Virus record (IMG/VR): IMGVR_UViG_3300025529_000271
Strand: one strand, 5' to 3'
DNA from: an uncultured virus (IMG/VR IMGVR_UViG_3300025529_000271)
Lineage: Duplodnaviria > Heunggongvirae > Uroviricota > Caudoviricetes
Length of the DNA stretch: 20,000 bases
This document shows positions 1-7,536 of this stretch, piece after piece. The translations under genes and the position numbers were made by a program. The notes beneath the pieces are model-generated. The model was given only the letters and a program-made list of their open reading frames with translations, was not told the origin of the DNA and made no database searches. The first letter of the stretch is position 1; every line of letters begins with the position of its first letter.

Positions 1-3000
1 CCGGCTACCGATCCGGTGAAGAACTTCAGCTATACGGGCAGTGTCCAAACCTACACGGCTCCGGCAACGGGTAAGTATCAACTGGAGGTTTGGGGCGCTC
101 AAGGTGGCGGCTCGGCGGCTGGTAAGGGTGGTTATGCGAAGGGCGAAATTTACCTGACGAAGGGACAAACCATCCATATCTATGTTGGCGGTCAAGGTTC
201 TCGCGGTACGGGCACGAATGGTGTCCTTGCCGGAGGTTGGAACGGTGGCGGTGATGTCGTATCACCGTATTCGGACGGTAACAACTCGTCGGGCGGTGGC
301 GCTACGGATATTCGAGTTGGGGGTACGAACCTCTCTAATCGTGTGATCGTTGCGGGCGGCGGTGGCGGTGTTGTAACGCCGATGACAGCTACTCCGCATG
401 GCGGAGGTACGTCAGGTTTGGCGGGTACGCATAACTCGACGGTGACAGGCACTGGCGGTACGCAAACGGGCGGCGGCACAGGCAACTATGGAAATGGTGA
501 GCTTGGAAAAGGTGCTAACGGTTCGAGAGCGGGCGCTGGTGGTGGTTACTATGGCGGCGGTACGTCATGGGGTAGTTACTACGGTTCTGGAGCCGCTGGT
601 GGCGGTGGTTCTGGCTATATCGGCGGGGTAACGAATGGTGCGCTCCTTGCGGGTGACCAAACGATGCCAAATCCGAGCGGGGGTACCATGACGGGTCGTT
701 CGGGTAATGGTTATGCTCGGATCACACCGCTGACGAAGTTTGAAACGTCTGGTCTGGATATCTCGACGACGGGAATGTTCGGTTATACTTGGGCGCAGTT
801 GCTTGGTTCTCAGTGGTCGAGCATTCTGACGATCACGGACAACAATGGTTTCATTACGGCAACGCTCAATCAGGCAAACCTGAATGCACGGGCGAACACG
901 ATTCCGAAGACCATGCCGGATGGTTCGTCGAACCCATTCCTAATCTGCATGCTTTCGATTGGCGGTTATACATCGCTTGGTGCGATGGAAGGTGCGTCGC
1001 TCCGTCAAGGTGCGAGCATTGTGGATCAAACTTATCCAGGAACTAACTTGAAGTTTAAGACTATCAAGTTGGCGAGCGGATCGGATGTTCCTACCGCAAC
1101 GTCTAAAACGCTGAATTTGAAGCCTAATGCAGAGTACATTGTGGAGTTCAGCTACTGGACGTCGGGCGGCACCACGAAGTTCAACGTTGACCTTTACCCG
1201 GATATGTTGCCAGAGCATCACTTGACAGCGTCGTCTACAGTGAAGAAGGCGCAACTTTCCTTCAAGTCCGGTAATGCGAATATGGCAAATGCGGCTTTGC
1301 GGTTCTTCAACGACCTGCAACGTCCGAATCCGACCGATGTGTATATCACGGGTATTCGGATTTATCCGAAGCCGATCTACAATGCGCACGAGCACAACGA
1401 ATCTTGTAGGCTCATCAAGACGTTGGACTGCACAGAGCCGCATCATATCGGTCAGCACTATGATAAGGGTAATACCATCTGTTGGGACGCTTGCGGTATC
1501 GATGAAAACCATAAGAAAGACCACGAGCATGTTCAACTTCCGGGCGGCGGTTCGGTAACACGGAGTAACTTCATTAACCTTGACTACACGTTCACTCTGT
1601 ACTTCCCGAACCGGGGTAACTTCGCAGAGCAACCGAATATGCGCGGTATCTCAACCACTATGTATACGCGGGGGTATGGTTATACGAACAACATGGACAC
1701 CACGCAGTATACCGCCGCGAAGCGGGTGCGATTCGATTTCCATGTTATCTATAACAATAAGTTGTATCGTTCGGGTACGTGGATTGGTCTCCCTGTAAAT
1801 CAGGAGTATTTCGAGTTCTACCTGCCGTTGGCGAATAAGGAATCTGTTTCGGCGCAAGTGCAGTTTGAGGCGGTTCCGATTAACGGTCGTCCGATTGGTT
1901 CTCCTTTCAATGAGAACTATATCGACACCGCTAACCGCGCACGTTATGCGGGAATCCGCGCTCTGCATGGGGCGTATAAGCAGTCCTATATTGACGTTGT
2001 CGGACGTGTTGGTAACTTCGCAGTCATGGATACGGAAGACTTCCGCTTCAGCAACTTGTTCAAGGAAGCCAAGAATGATGGTACGTGGCAAGTCGAAGGG
2101 TTGGTTCCGACGGTTGACCCAACGAAGCAAAATCGTTACTATGGTGACTTGATTGACATTCGTGGGGTAGCCTATAACGCAACTAACACTTATCTTGACA
2201 CTTACGGTAACCAATCGTGGAAGAATAAGCCGCCGTTGGCACTTCCGGTCAATGCTCTTGATAACACCATCCCGGCGTTGCAAGGGCAGTATCTTAAGAT
2301 CGGTTACGATATCTTGGCGGATTTGACGACTATCGGGGACTATCAGAATGGTTTGGTACGTGTTCTGCCGTACTACTATAAGCTCGATCTTGATAAAGGT
2401 ACGATCACTCCGCTTGACGTTTATACGAAGGTGGGTGACGAGTATAAGCCGATTAACAAGTATCGGGCGGCGGATAACGGTACTTTGCCGACTGATTTGG
2501 CTCCGTACAATGTCAGCATGTCGTGGGCGGATGAGCGTGAACGTCGCAACTACTCTTTGAGTGAAGCGACGATTACTGAACGGATCACGAACTTCTACGA
2601 AGAGATTATCACCGATAGCTCGGGTGAGAACGTCATCGGTCGGAAACAGTTACCAGCCCCGGCGGGTAGCTATATCAGCATGGGTAACGCGCAACGGTTG
2701 GTGTTGGATAAGAAGATGCGAACGTTCATCGGTTCTTCTGCGACTAACGGAGTCAACCGGAATCCGGGCAACGTTCTCCCGGTAACGGACTACGATTTCC
2801 AAGCGCAACGTTGGCACCTTAAATTCGGGGTACCGTCGTCGGCAGTCTTTGTACCGCATGGTATGCAACCGACCTTGGAGAACATCGAATCGGTGAAGGC
2901 GGGTAACAGCTTGATCCTGTTGGCGGCTGATATCGTGGTGTTGGGTGACGTGTACACGCTCCGTTATCAGCAACCGGGTGTTAACTCGTTCACGGCTTCG

Positions 3001-3117
3001 AAGAATGGGGTAACCCGGACGTTCAGCTTGGTTAACAGCGGTCTGCCACCTGTGATCGCGCTCTATGATACGGACACCAGTTCGATCATCGACATCGCGA
3101 CTAAGGGAAGTCACTAA
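1..3117 (+). CDS. C-terminal part (5'-truncated) of a very large modular, probably surface/secreted protein: Gly-rich (PF12810 ALK/LTK GRD-like) domain, CBM/galactose-binding-like beta-sandwich, His/Cys-rich segment, long C-terminal region; candidate pilus-associated adhesin
   Basis: Frame 1 is open from base 1 (PATDPVKNFSY...), so the GTG at 16 is probably internal. FSYTGSVQTYTAP..YQLEVWGAQGG..YVGGQG..GGGATDIR..IVAGGGGG..GNGYARIT (about 16-730) matches the Gly_rich domain pattern. LKPNAEYIVEFSY..LRF..VYITGIRIY (about 1100-1370) is CBM-like. A strong terminator follows the stop codon. Confidence 0.8.
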   Translation, partial: PATDPVKNFSYTGSVQTYTAPATGKYQLEVWGAQGGGSAAGKGGYAKGEIYLTKGQTIHIYVGGQGSRGTGTNGVLAGGWNGGGDVVSPYSDGNNSSGGGATDIRVGGTNLSNRVIVAGGGGGVVTPMTATPHGGGTSGLAGTHNSTVTGTGGTQTGGGTGNYGNGELGKGANGSRAGAGGGYYGGGTSWGSYYGSGAAGGGGSGYIGGVTNGALLAGDQTMPNPSGGTMTGRSGNGYARITPLTKFETSGLDISTTGMFGYTWAQLLGSQWSSILTITDNNGFITATLNQANLNARANTIPKTMPDGSSNPFLICMLSIGGYTSLGAMEGASLRQGASIVDQTYPGTNLKFKTIKLASGSDVPTATSKTLNLKPNAEYIVEFSYWTSGGTTKFNVDLYPDMLPEHHLTASSTVKKAQLSFKSGNANMANAALRFFNDLQRPNPTDVYITGIRIYPKPIYNAHEHNESCRLIKTLDCTEPHHIGQHYDKGNTICWDACGIDENHKKDHEHVQLPGGGSVTRSNFINLDYTFTLYFPNRGNFAEQPNMRGISTTMYTRGYGYTNNMDTTQYTAAKRVRFDFHVIYNNKLYRSGTWIGLPVNQEYFEFYLPLANKESVSAQVQFEAVPINGRPIGSPFNENYIDTANRARYAGIRALHGAYKQSYIDVVGRVGNFAVMDTEDFRFSNLFKEAKNDGTWQVEGLVPTVDPTKQNRYYGDLIDIRGVAYNATNTYLDTYGNQSWKNKPPLALPVNALDNTIPALQGQYLKIGYDILADLTTIGDYQNGLVRVLPYYYKLDLDKGTITPLDVYTKVGDEYKPINKYRAADNGTLPTDLAPYNVSMSWADERERRNYSLSEATITERITNFYEEIITDSSGENVIGRKQLPAPAGSYISMGNAQRLVLDKKMRTFIGSSATNGVNRNPGNVLPVTDYDFQAQRWHLKFGVPSSAVFVPHGMQPTLENIESVKAGNSLILLAADIVVLGDVYTLRYQQPGVNSFTASKNGVTRTFSLVNSGLPPVIALYDTDTSSIIDIATKGSH

Positions 3118-3133
3118 TCAATTCTGTGACTAT

Positions 3134-3165
3134 AGCCCTCTAACTTCGGTTAGAGGGCTTCTTTT
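3134..3165 (+). terminator. Rho-independent terminator
   Basis: AGCCCTCTAAC-TTCG-GTTAGAGGGCT: perfect 11-bp stem with a C(UUCG)G loop, followed by TCTTTT, 16 nt after the stop at 3117. Confidence 0.9.
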
Positions 3166-3175
3166 CCGTCAATTT

Positions 3176-3203
3176 TAGACTTCCCTTGATTTTTCGTTAT
3201 ATT
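3176..3203 (+). promoter_or_regulatory. Possible sigmaA-type promoter for the M23/tad operon
   Basis: TAGACT-16 nt-TATATT between the terminator and the RBS AAAGGAGG (3214-3221). The match to consensus is only moderate. Confidence 0.35.
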
Positions 3204-3228
3204 GAGCACAGCGAAAGGAGGTTGGGGC

Positions 3229-4614
3229 ATGCGAACTTCGAGGAAGGCAAGACAGCGCTTGCAGAAAAAGCGTAAAAAGCAGAACAAAAAGATGGCGTTG
3301 ACCATCGTCACTTCGCTTTTGGTAACTTCGCAGTTAAATTTTCCGGCGTATGCTTACACTGTGGATGATCTTCGGGAACTGCAGGGTAAGGATCGTTTAG
3401 ATACGAAATATTCGGAGGAAGAGAAGTCTGAAATCTGGTTGAACTGGTATCGAACTGAGTACAGAAATAATGTGGCAAAAATGATGCAAAATGTTTCTTT
3501 GGAGGACTTGGTCGAAGCTCCTAAACAGAAACGCGACGCCTTGGGGCGAGAATTACAGGCTCTCCAGAAGGATTTTGCTAATCGCTTTACTTCTGGCGCT
3601 TCGGTGCGAGAGGTCTTAGCGGGGTATTCTGCGATTCAAACTAAGCGTCATGAGTTGATGCAAGTTAAGGAGGTTGGGGAAGTTCTGCGGCTTGATGTCG
3701 TGCCTAATGAGTGGGAGTCTTTGGTGGAAGACATTCAAGCTATTGAGGAAGAGGTGCAAACCTACCAATCTCTTGGAGATGTCGGTTCGTCTTTGAAGTC
3801 TCCGGCGTTCGGTAATTTTCATCTTACGTCTATTTATGGGCTTCGCGCTGATCCGCTCAATGGGACTCTTGCCATGCATCGTGGTATCGATCTTGGCGCT
3901 CCTGTTGGAACTCCAGTTCTTGCGGCTTGGAACGGGACGGTAGCGGACACCTATCGTTCCGAGCGAGGGGGTAATGTGATCGTTATTGATCATGGAAATG
4001 GGCTTGTAACTAAGTATATGCACTTGGATGAAATTGAAGTCGAGCCGGGACAAGCTGTAAAGCAGTATGATCGTATTGGTACGGTCGGAGATACGGGTCG
4101 GGTTACCGGTGCGCATTTGCACTTTGAGGTTCATTTGGATGGTGAGAGTGTAGATCCGATCTATTTCTTTGGGAAAATGGGAGCAAATGCGTTGAAGGAT
4201 TACCTTAGCCGTAATCTTGAGGATCGTAACGAGCAGACGGAAGCTTTGGTTTCCGCTATTATGGACAAGCCACTCCATACTACAGATACTGGTGGTTCTT
4301 CTGGTTCTTCTGAGCAAATCTATATTCGTGATGGCGAAGTGCCGGATGGGGCTGTTGATCTGAAGTTGGAGGAGGGATATGAAGTTCCTACACCTAAGAT
4401 TTCGAAGCGAGACTGGGATTCATTGTTGGATTCGATGCGCTCGGATCAGCCTACGATTCGGTACGAGGGGGAAAGCACCGCGAATTCCTCGGGGTCTTCT
4501 GCACCTATGTCTACTCCAAATTCGATGCATTCCAACAATTCTGAATCCTCGGATAGTTCGCTTCCTTCGGCAAGCAGTATGCGTGAGTTTTTGAAAATTG
4601 ATGGGGGTGAGTAA
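3229..4614 (+). CDS. Secreted M23-family (LytM/NlpD-like) zinc metallo-endopeptidase with an N-terminal helical region and a Ser-rich C-terminal tail
   Basis: HRGID (HxxxD) and GAHLHFEV (HxH) zinc motifs, plus GNVIVIDHGNGLVTKYMHL. Basic N-region, hydrophobic core and AYA|YT signal-peptidase-like site. Start moved from 3202 to ATG 3229 because AAAGGAGG lies 7 nt upstream of it. Confidence 0.9.
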   Translation: MRTSRKARQRLQKKRKKQNKKMALTIVTSLLVTSQLNFPAYAYTVDDLRELQGKDRLDTKYSEEEKSEIWLNWYRTEYRNNVAKMMQNVSLEDLVEAPKQKRDALGRELQALQKDFANRFTSGASVREVLAGYSAIQTKRHELMQVKEVGEVLRLDVVPNEWESLVEDIQAIEEEVQTYQSLGDVGSSLKSPAFGNFHLTSIYGLRADPLNGTLAMHRGIDLGAPVGTPVLAAWNGTVADTYRSERGGNVIVIDHGNGLVTKYMHLDEIEVEPGQAVKQYDRIGTVGDTGRVTGAHLHFEVHLDGESVDPIYFFGKMGANALKDYLSRNLEDRNEQTEALVSAIMDKPLHTTDTGGSSGSSEQIYIRDGEVPDGAVDLKLEEGYEVPTPKISKRDWDSLLDSMRSDQPTIRYEGESTANSSGSSAPMSTPNSMHSNNSESSDSSLPSASSMREFLKIDGGE

Positions 4615-4615
4615 G

Positions 4616-5191
4616 ATGTCGGAAACAGGGGACGTGAAAACCCCACGTCGAGCTTCGTGGTGGTTTTTGACGATGGTACTCGCCCTCCTGCTTTCTCTTA
4701 CTTTGGGGGTAATGCTGTACTGTCTTAATGGGAATGCAGAGGAGGGTGAAGTTGCTCTCGATTATGAGGTGGCTCTCCGGTACACCAATGAAGAGGGGGT
4801 ATACGAGCTTCGCGCTTATCCCGGATATGGTACAGCGCTCTATAAGGATGGGGTGGAACAGAAGTTTCTGACTTCGGTGGTTCGTAAATCCAATCCCCTC
4901 TTAGTTCTTCCTGAGACGGAGGAGTCTTTTGATATTACGACCTTGGAAACAGATACACCCTATTCGTGGGAAGCGGATTTATTGACAAGCGCCAAGTATC
5001 TAAACTTTCTTAGAGATCAAGGATACACGGTAGTTTCTGAAGTAGTCACATCTCAATTTATTGAATTTTATTTAAGTAAGGATAGAAATCTCGTTCGGGT
5101 GCTGGTCTTCAGTACCGTTATTTTTGCGGGGGAAGTGAAGGAAGGTGTGGTTTTGCCCACCCTGCAGGACTACTTAGAGGAAGTATTTTAA
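4616..5191 (+). CDS. Hypothetical protein with an N-terminal TM anchor
   Basis: ATG 4616 follows GGGGGTGA and lies 1 nt after the M23 stop. Hydrophobic segment WWFLTMVLALLLSLTLGVMLY. No family recognised. Confidence 0.7.
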   Translation: MSETGDVKTPRRASWWFLTMVLALLLSLTLGVMLYCLNGNAEEGEVALDYEVALRYTNEEGVYELRAYPGYGTALYKDGVEQKFLTSVVRKSNPLLVLPETEESFDITTLETDTPYSWEADLLTSAKYLNFLRDQGYTVVSEVVTSQFIEFYLSKDRNLVRVLVFSTVIFAGEVKEGVVLPTLQDYLEEVF

Positions 5192-5214
5192 TTCGGGTTT
5201 GGAGGGAAAAGTAC

Positions 5215-6132
5215 ATGGCGTTTCTAAAGAGTGTGAAAGGGATTTTGACGCTATCTTTGGTTCTCAGTTGGTTGGCTCTCGGTGGGGCGGGGTATTTTTA
5301 TTGGGACAAAACCACCAAGACTATTGAACAAAAGGACTCTGAGATCGCAAGGTTGCAGTCGGATTTGGACAGTATCGGTCAGCTTATTCCGGTGTATGCT
5401 TTGTCTTCTGATGTGAAGATGGGGAAACAGGTTCAGGAAACGGACTTCCATGAAGTTTTGGTTCCGGTTGGTGCGGCGGCGAATATGCTTACTTCTTTCG
5501 AGGAGCTGGTGGGTAAATATTATAAAGTTGACCTTACCGCTGGTACGATCATTTCCCCGGATGTGGTGTATGACGAGCCGCTGACGGATGATCTTCGTTT
5601 GGTTGACGTGGTGTTGAATAACATTCCGGTAGGGTTGAAGCCGGGTTCATATGTAGACGTTCGGATTACCCTTCCAATGGGTGAAGACTTTGTAGCCCTT
5701 TCTCGCAAACGAGTTCACTCCATCAATGCGGGGGTATTGAAGCTTGTTCTCAGCTCGAAGGACATCCACACTTACAACTCTATGTTGATTGACTCTCTTG
5801 TTTATCCGGGTACTTCGCTATATGCAGTTGAGTATTTGGAAGGTGGCGCTCAACGTGCGGCGGACGTATATTACCCTGTTGCTACTAACATTTTGGCTAT
5901 CGCTCAAGCCGATCCGAACTTGCTTGAAGCGATTAAAGCAGATATGCTTCAACGTCGTTCGGATATCGACCAATCCCTTAGTGGTATGTCGACGTTCAAA
6001 AGTCAGCAAGAGTTGGAGCAAACTCTCGTTCGTGGAAGACAGCAGTTCGCATCGCTTATTTCGGCGGCGGATCGTGCGTTCCAAGCTGAGGAAACCAAGC
6101 GGGCGATGGAAGAAGCTCGCGCTAATCGTTAA
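5215..6132 (+). CDS. SAF-domain, CpaB/RcpC-like pilus assembly protein
   Basis: N-terminal TM and coiled coil, then VYALSSDVKMGKQVQETDF..ELVGKYYKVDLTAGTII (SAF-like) and LKPGSYVDVRI (RcpC-like). GGAGG RBS; lies upstream of the TadA-like ATPase. Confidence 0.75.
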   Translation: MAFLKSVKGILTLSLVLSWLALGGAGYFYWDKTTKTIEQKDSEIARLQSDLDSIGQLIPVYALSSDVKMGKQVQETDFHEVLVPVGAAANMLTSFEELVGKYYKVDLTAGTIISPDVVYDEPLTDDLRLVDVVLNNIPVGLKPGSYVDVRITLPMGEDFVALSRKRVHSINAGVLKLVLSSKDIHTYNSMLIDSLVYPGTSLYAVEYLEGGAQRAADVYYPVATNILAIAQADPNLLEAIKADMLQRRSDIDQSLSGMSTFKSQQELEQTLVRGRQQFASLISAADRAFQAEETKRAMEEARANR

Positions 6133-6150
6133 TAAGTAGGGGGTTTAGGC

Positions 6151-6735
6151 ATGAAGACATTAGCAGTAATTGGTGGGGTAGACAAGCGTCCGGTTGTCTA
6201 CCCGCTTCTTCAATGTTTGAAATTCCTTGGGAAGACGCTGGTTGTGACGGACGAACCAGCGTTCCGCCGTTTCGACGATGACTTTTCGTTGGAGTTTGAG
6301 AATGACAATATCACCATTCGCGTCGTTCCGCTTGTAACTCAAGAGGTGATTACGGAGACGGTTCAATCGCTCAATGAACCCTTCGAGTACCTTGTGGTGG
6401 TGTCCAATGATTTTATACCGCAGGGTTATGAGCGTGTAGTAGCCCTGTCAGGTGTAAATCGGGGTTTTGATTTTGTGGATACCACGGTGGGGAATTTCCC
6501 GAATAATGAGGAGTTCATGCGGGTCTTCATTTCTCCGACAAAGGCAAAGAATTTGGAGTATCCGAAAATTACTCCGACTCCGTCGCTTTTGGCGTATATT
6601 TACAATTGTGAGGATTATCGAAAGTTCCTTCCGTTAGAGGATCAGGCAACTGTGGCAGTCGTCACTACGCTTTTTGGGAAAGCGTTGGGGTTGGAGTCGA
6701 AAACTATAGTCAAGCTTTTGGCTAGAAAGGAGTAA
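6151..6735 (+). CDS. Hypothetical protein, probably a degenerate MinD/ParA-like P-loop fold
   Basis: N-terminus LAVIGGVDKRPVVYPLLQCLKFLGKTLVVTD has the strand-loop-helix-'GKxLVVD' pattern of the MinD family but no intact Walker A. Fits the operon context. Confidence 0.6.
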   Translation: MKTLAVIGGVDKRPVVYPLLQCLKFLGKTLVVTDEPAFRRFDDDFSLEFENDNITIRVVPLVTQEVITETVQSLNEPFEYLVVVSNDFIPQGYERVVALSGVNRGFDFVDTTVGNFPNNEEFMRVFISPTKAKNLEYPKITPTPSLLAYIYNCEDYRKFLPLEDQATVAVVTTLFGKALGLESKTIVKLLARKE

Positions 6736-6738
6736 CGT

Positions 6739-7533
6739 ATGCCAGTCACAATTTCGGTTCTTGCGCCACATATTCGTCGTAATGGAGCGACGGTTACAGC
6801 GATGATGTTGTCGATGGCTTTGGCTGAGACTAAGCGTCGTGTCTTTTTGACGCATACGTCATCGCTTTCAGATTCGTTTCAAACCTATATGGGTTTGAAG
6901 CTTCTCGATGATAAGACCAATACTTCAACTCAGTTGGTCAAGCTTCTTCGGGAGGGTGCTTTGAAGCCAGAGGACGTGGCGGATTATTGTACGAAGTTCG
7001 GTGACTACACGGACGTGTTCACCAATTTCGATAATCTGTTCACGCCGTATGATATGGGTACGCTCTTGGCGTATATGGCAGATGCGGAGTCGCCTTATGA
7101 GTATAAGGTTATTGATGTGGACACTCCACTTTCGGAGGATAATGCCAGCGCCATTATAGCTAAATCCCATATTGTCGTGCTGAATATTACGCCGGATTTC
7201 TTGGAGCTTAAGTTGTTTAAGCAGTGGTTGAAGGATAATGAACGTACCCTTCGGGGTAAGAGACTTTTGCTCTGTTGTAATCGTTACGATCCTGTTGTGG
7301 TGAAGAAGCCTAAAATTATCACCAACTTCTTGGAGGTAAAAACTCCGCTTCATCTCATTCGTGAGAATTCGTGGGTACGTTGGGGTTGTAACAATGGAAA
7401 GCTCCCGTTGGTGTTTATCAACGGCAAAAACAAAAATGCACTCTCTATTGACGTGTATAAGGGGTATATGGCTCTCTCGAACTCCGTGGTTAAACTTCGA
7501 AATCGTATCTTGAAGTCACGCGGGGGTGTTTAA
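6739..7533 (+). CDS. TadZ/CpaE-like (MinD/ParA family) protein with a degenerate Walker A
   Basis: ISVLAPHIRRNGATVTAMMLSMALAETKRRVFL; YEYKVIDVD (Walker B-like); SHIVVLNITPD; LCCNRYD. RBS AAGGAG; directly upstream of tadA. Confidence 0.75.
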   Translation: MPVTISVLAPHIRRNGATVTAMMLSMALAETKRRVFLTHTSSLSDSFQTYMGLKLLDDKTNTSTQLVKLLREGALKPEDVADYCTKFGDYTDVFTNFDNLFTPYDMGTLLAYMADAESPYEYKVIDVDTPLSEDNASAIIAKSHIVVLNITPDFLELKLFKQWLKDNERTLRGKRLLLCCNRYDPVVVKKPKIITNFLEVKTPLHLIRENSWVRWGCNNGKLPLVFINGKNKNALSIDVYKGYMALSNSVVKLRNRILKSRGGV

Positions 7534-7536
7534 CCG

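Noticed and set aside
16..730. PE-PGRS, collagen-like protein or tandem DNA repeat
   Set aside because: The Gly runs are interspersed with the conserved strands of the Gly_rich domain; there is no Gly-X-Y periodicity or exact DNA repeat unit.
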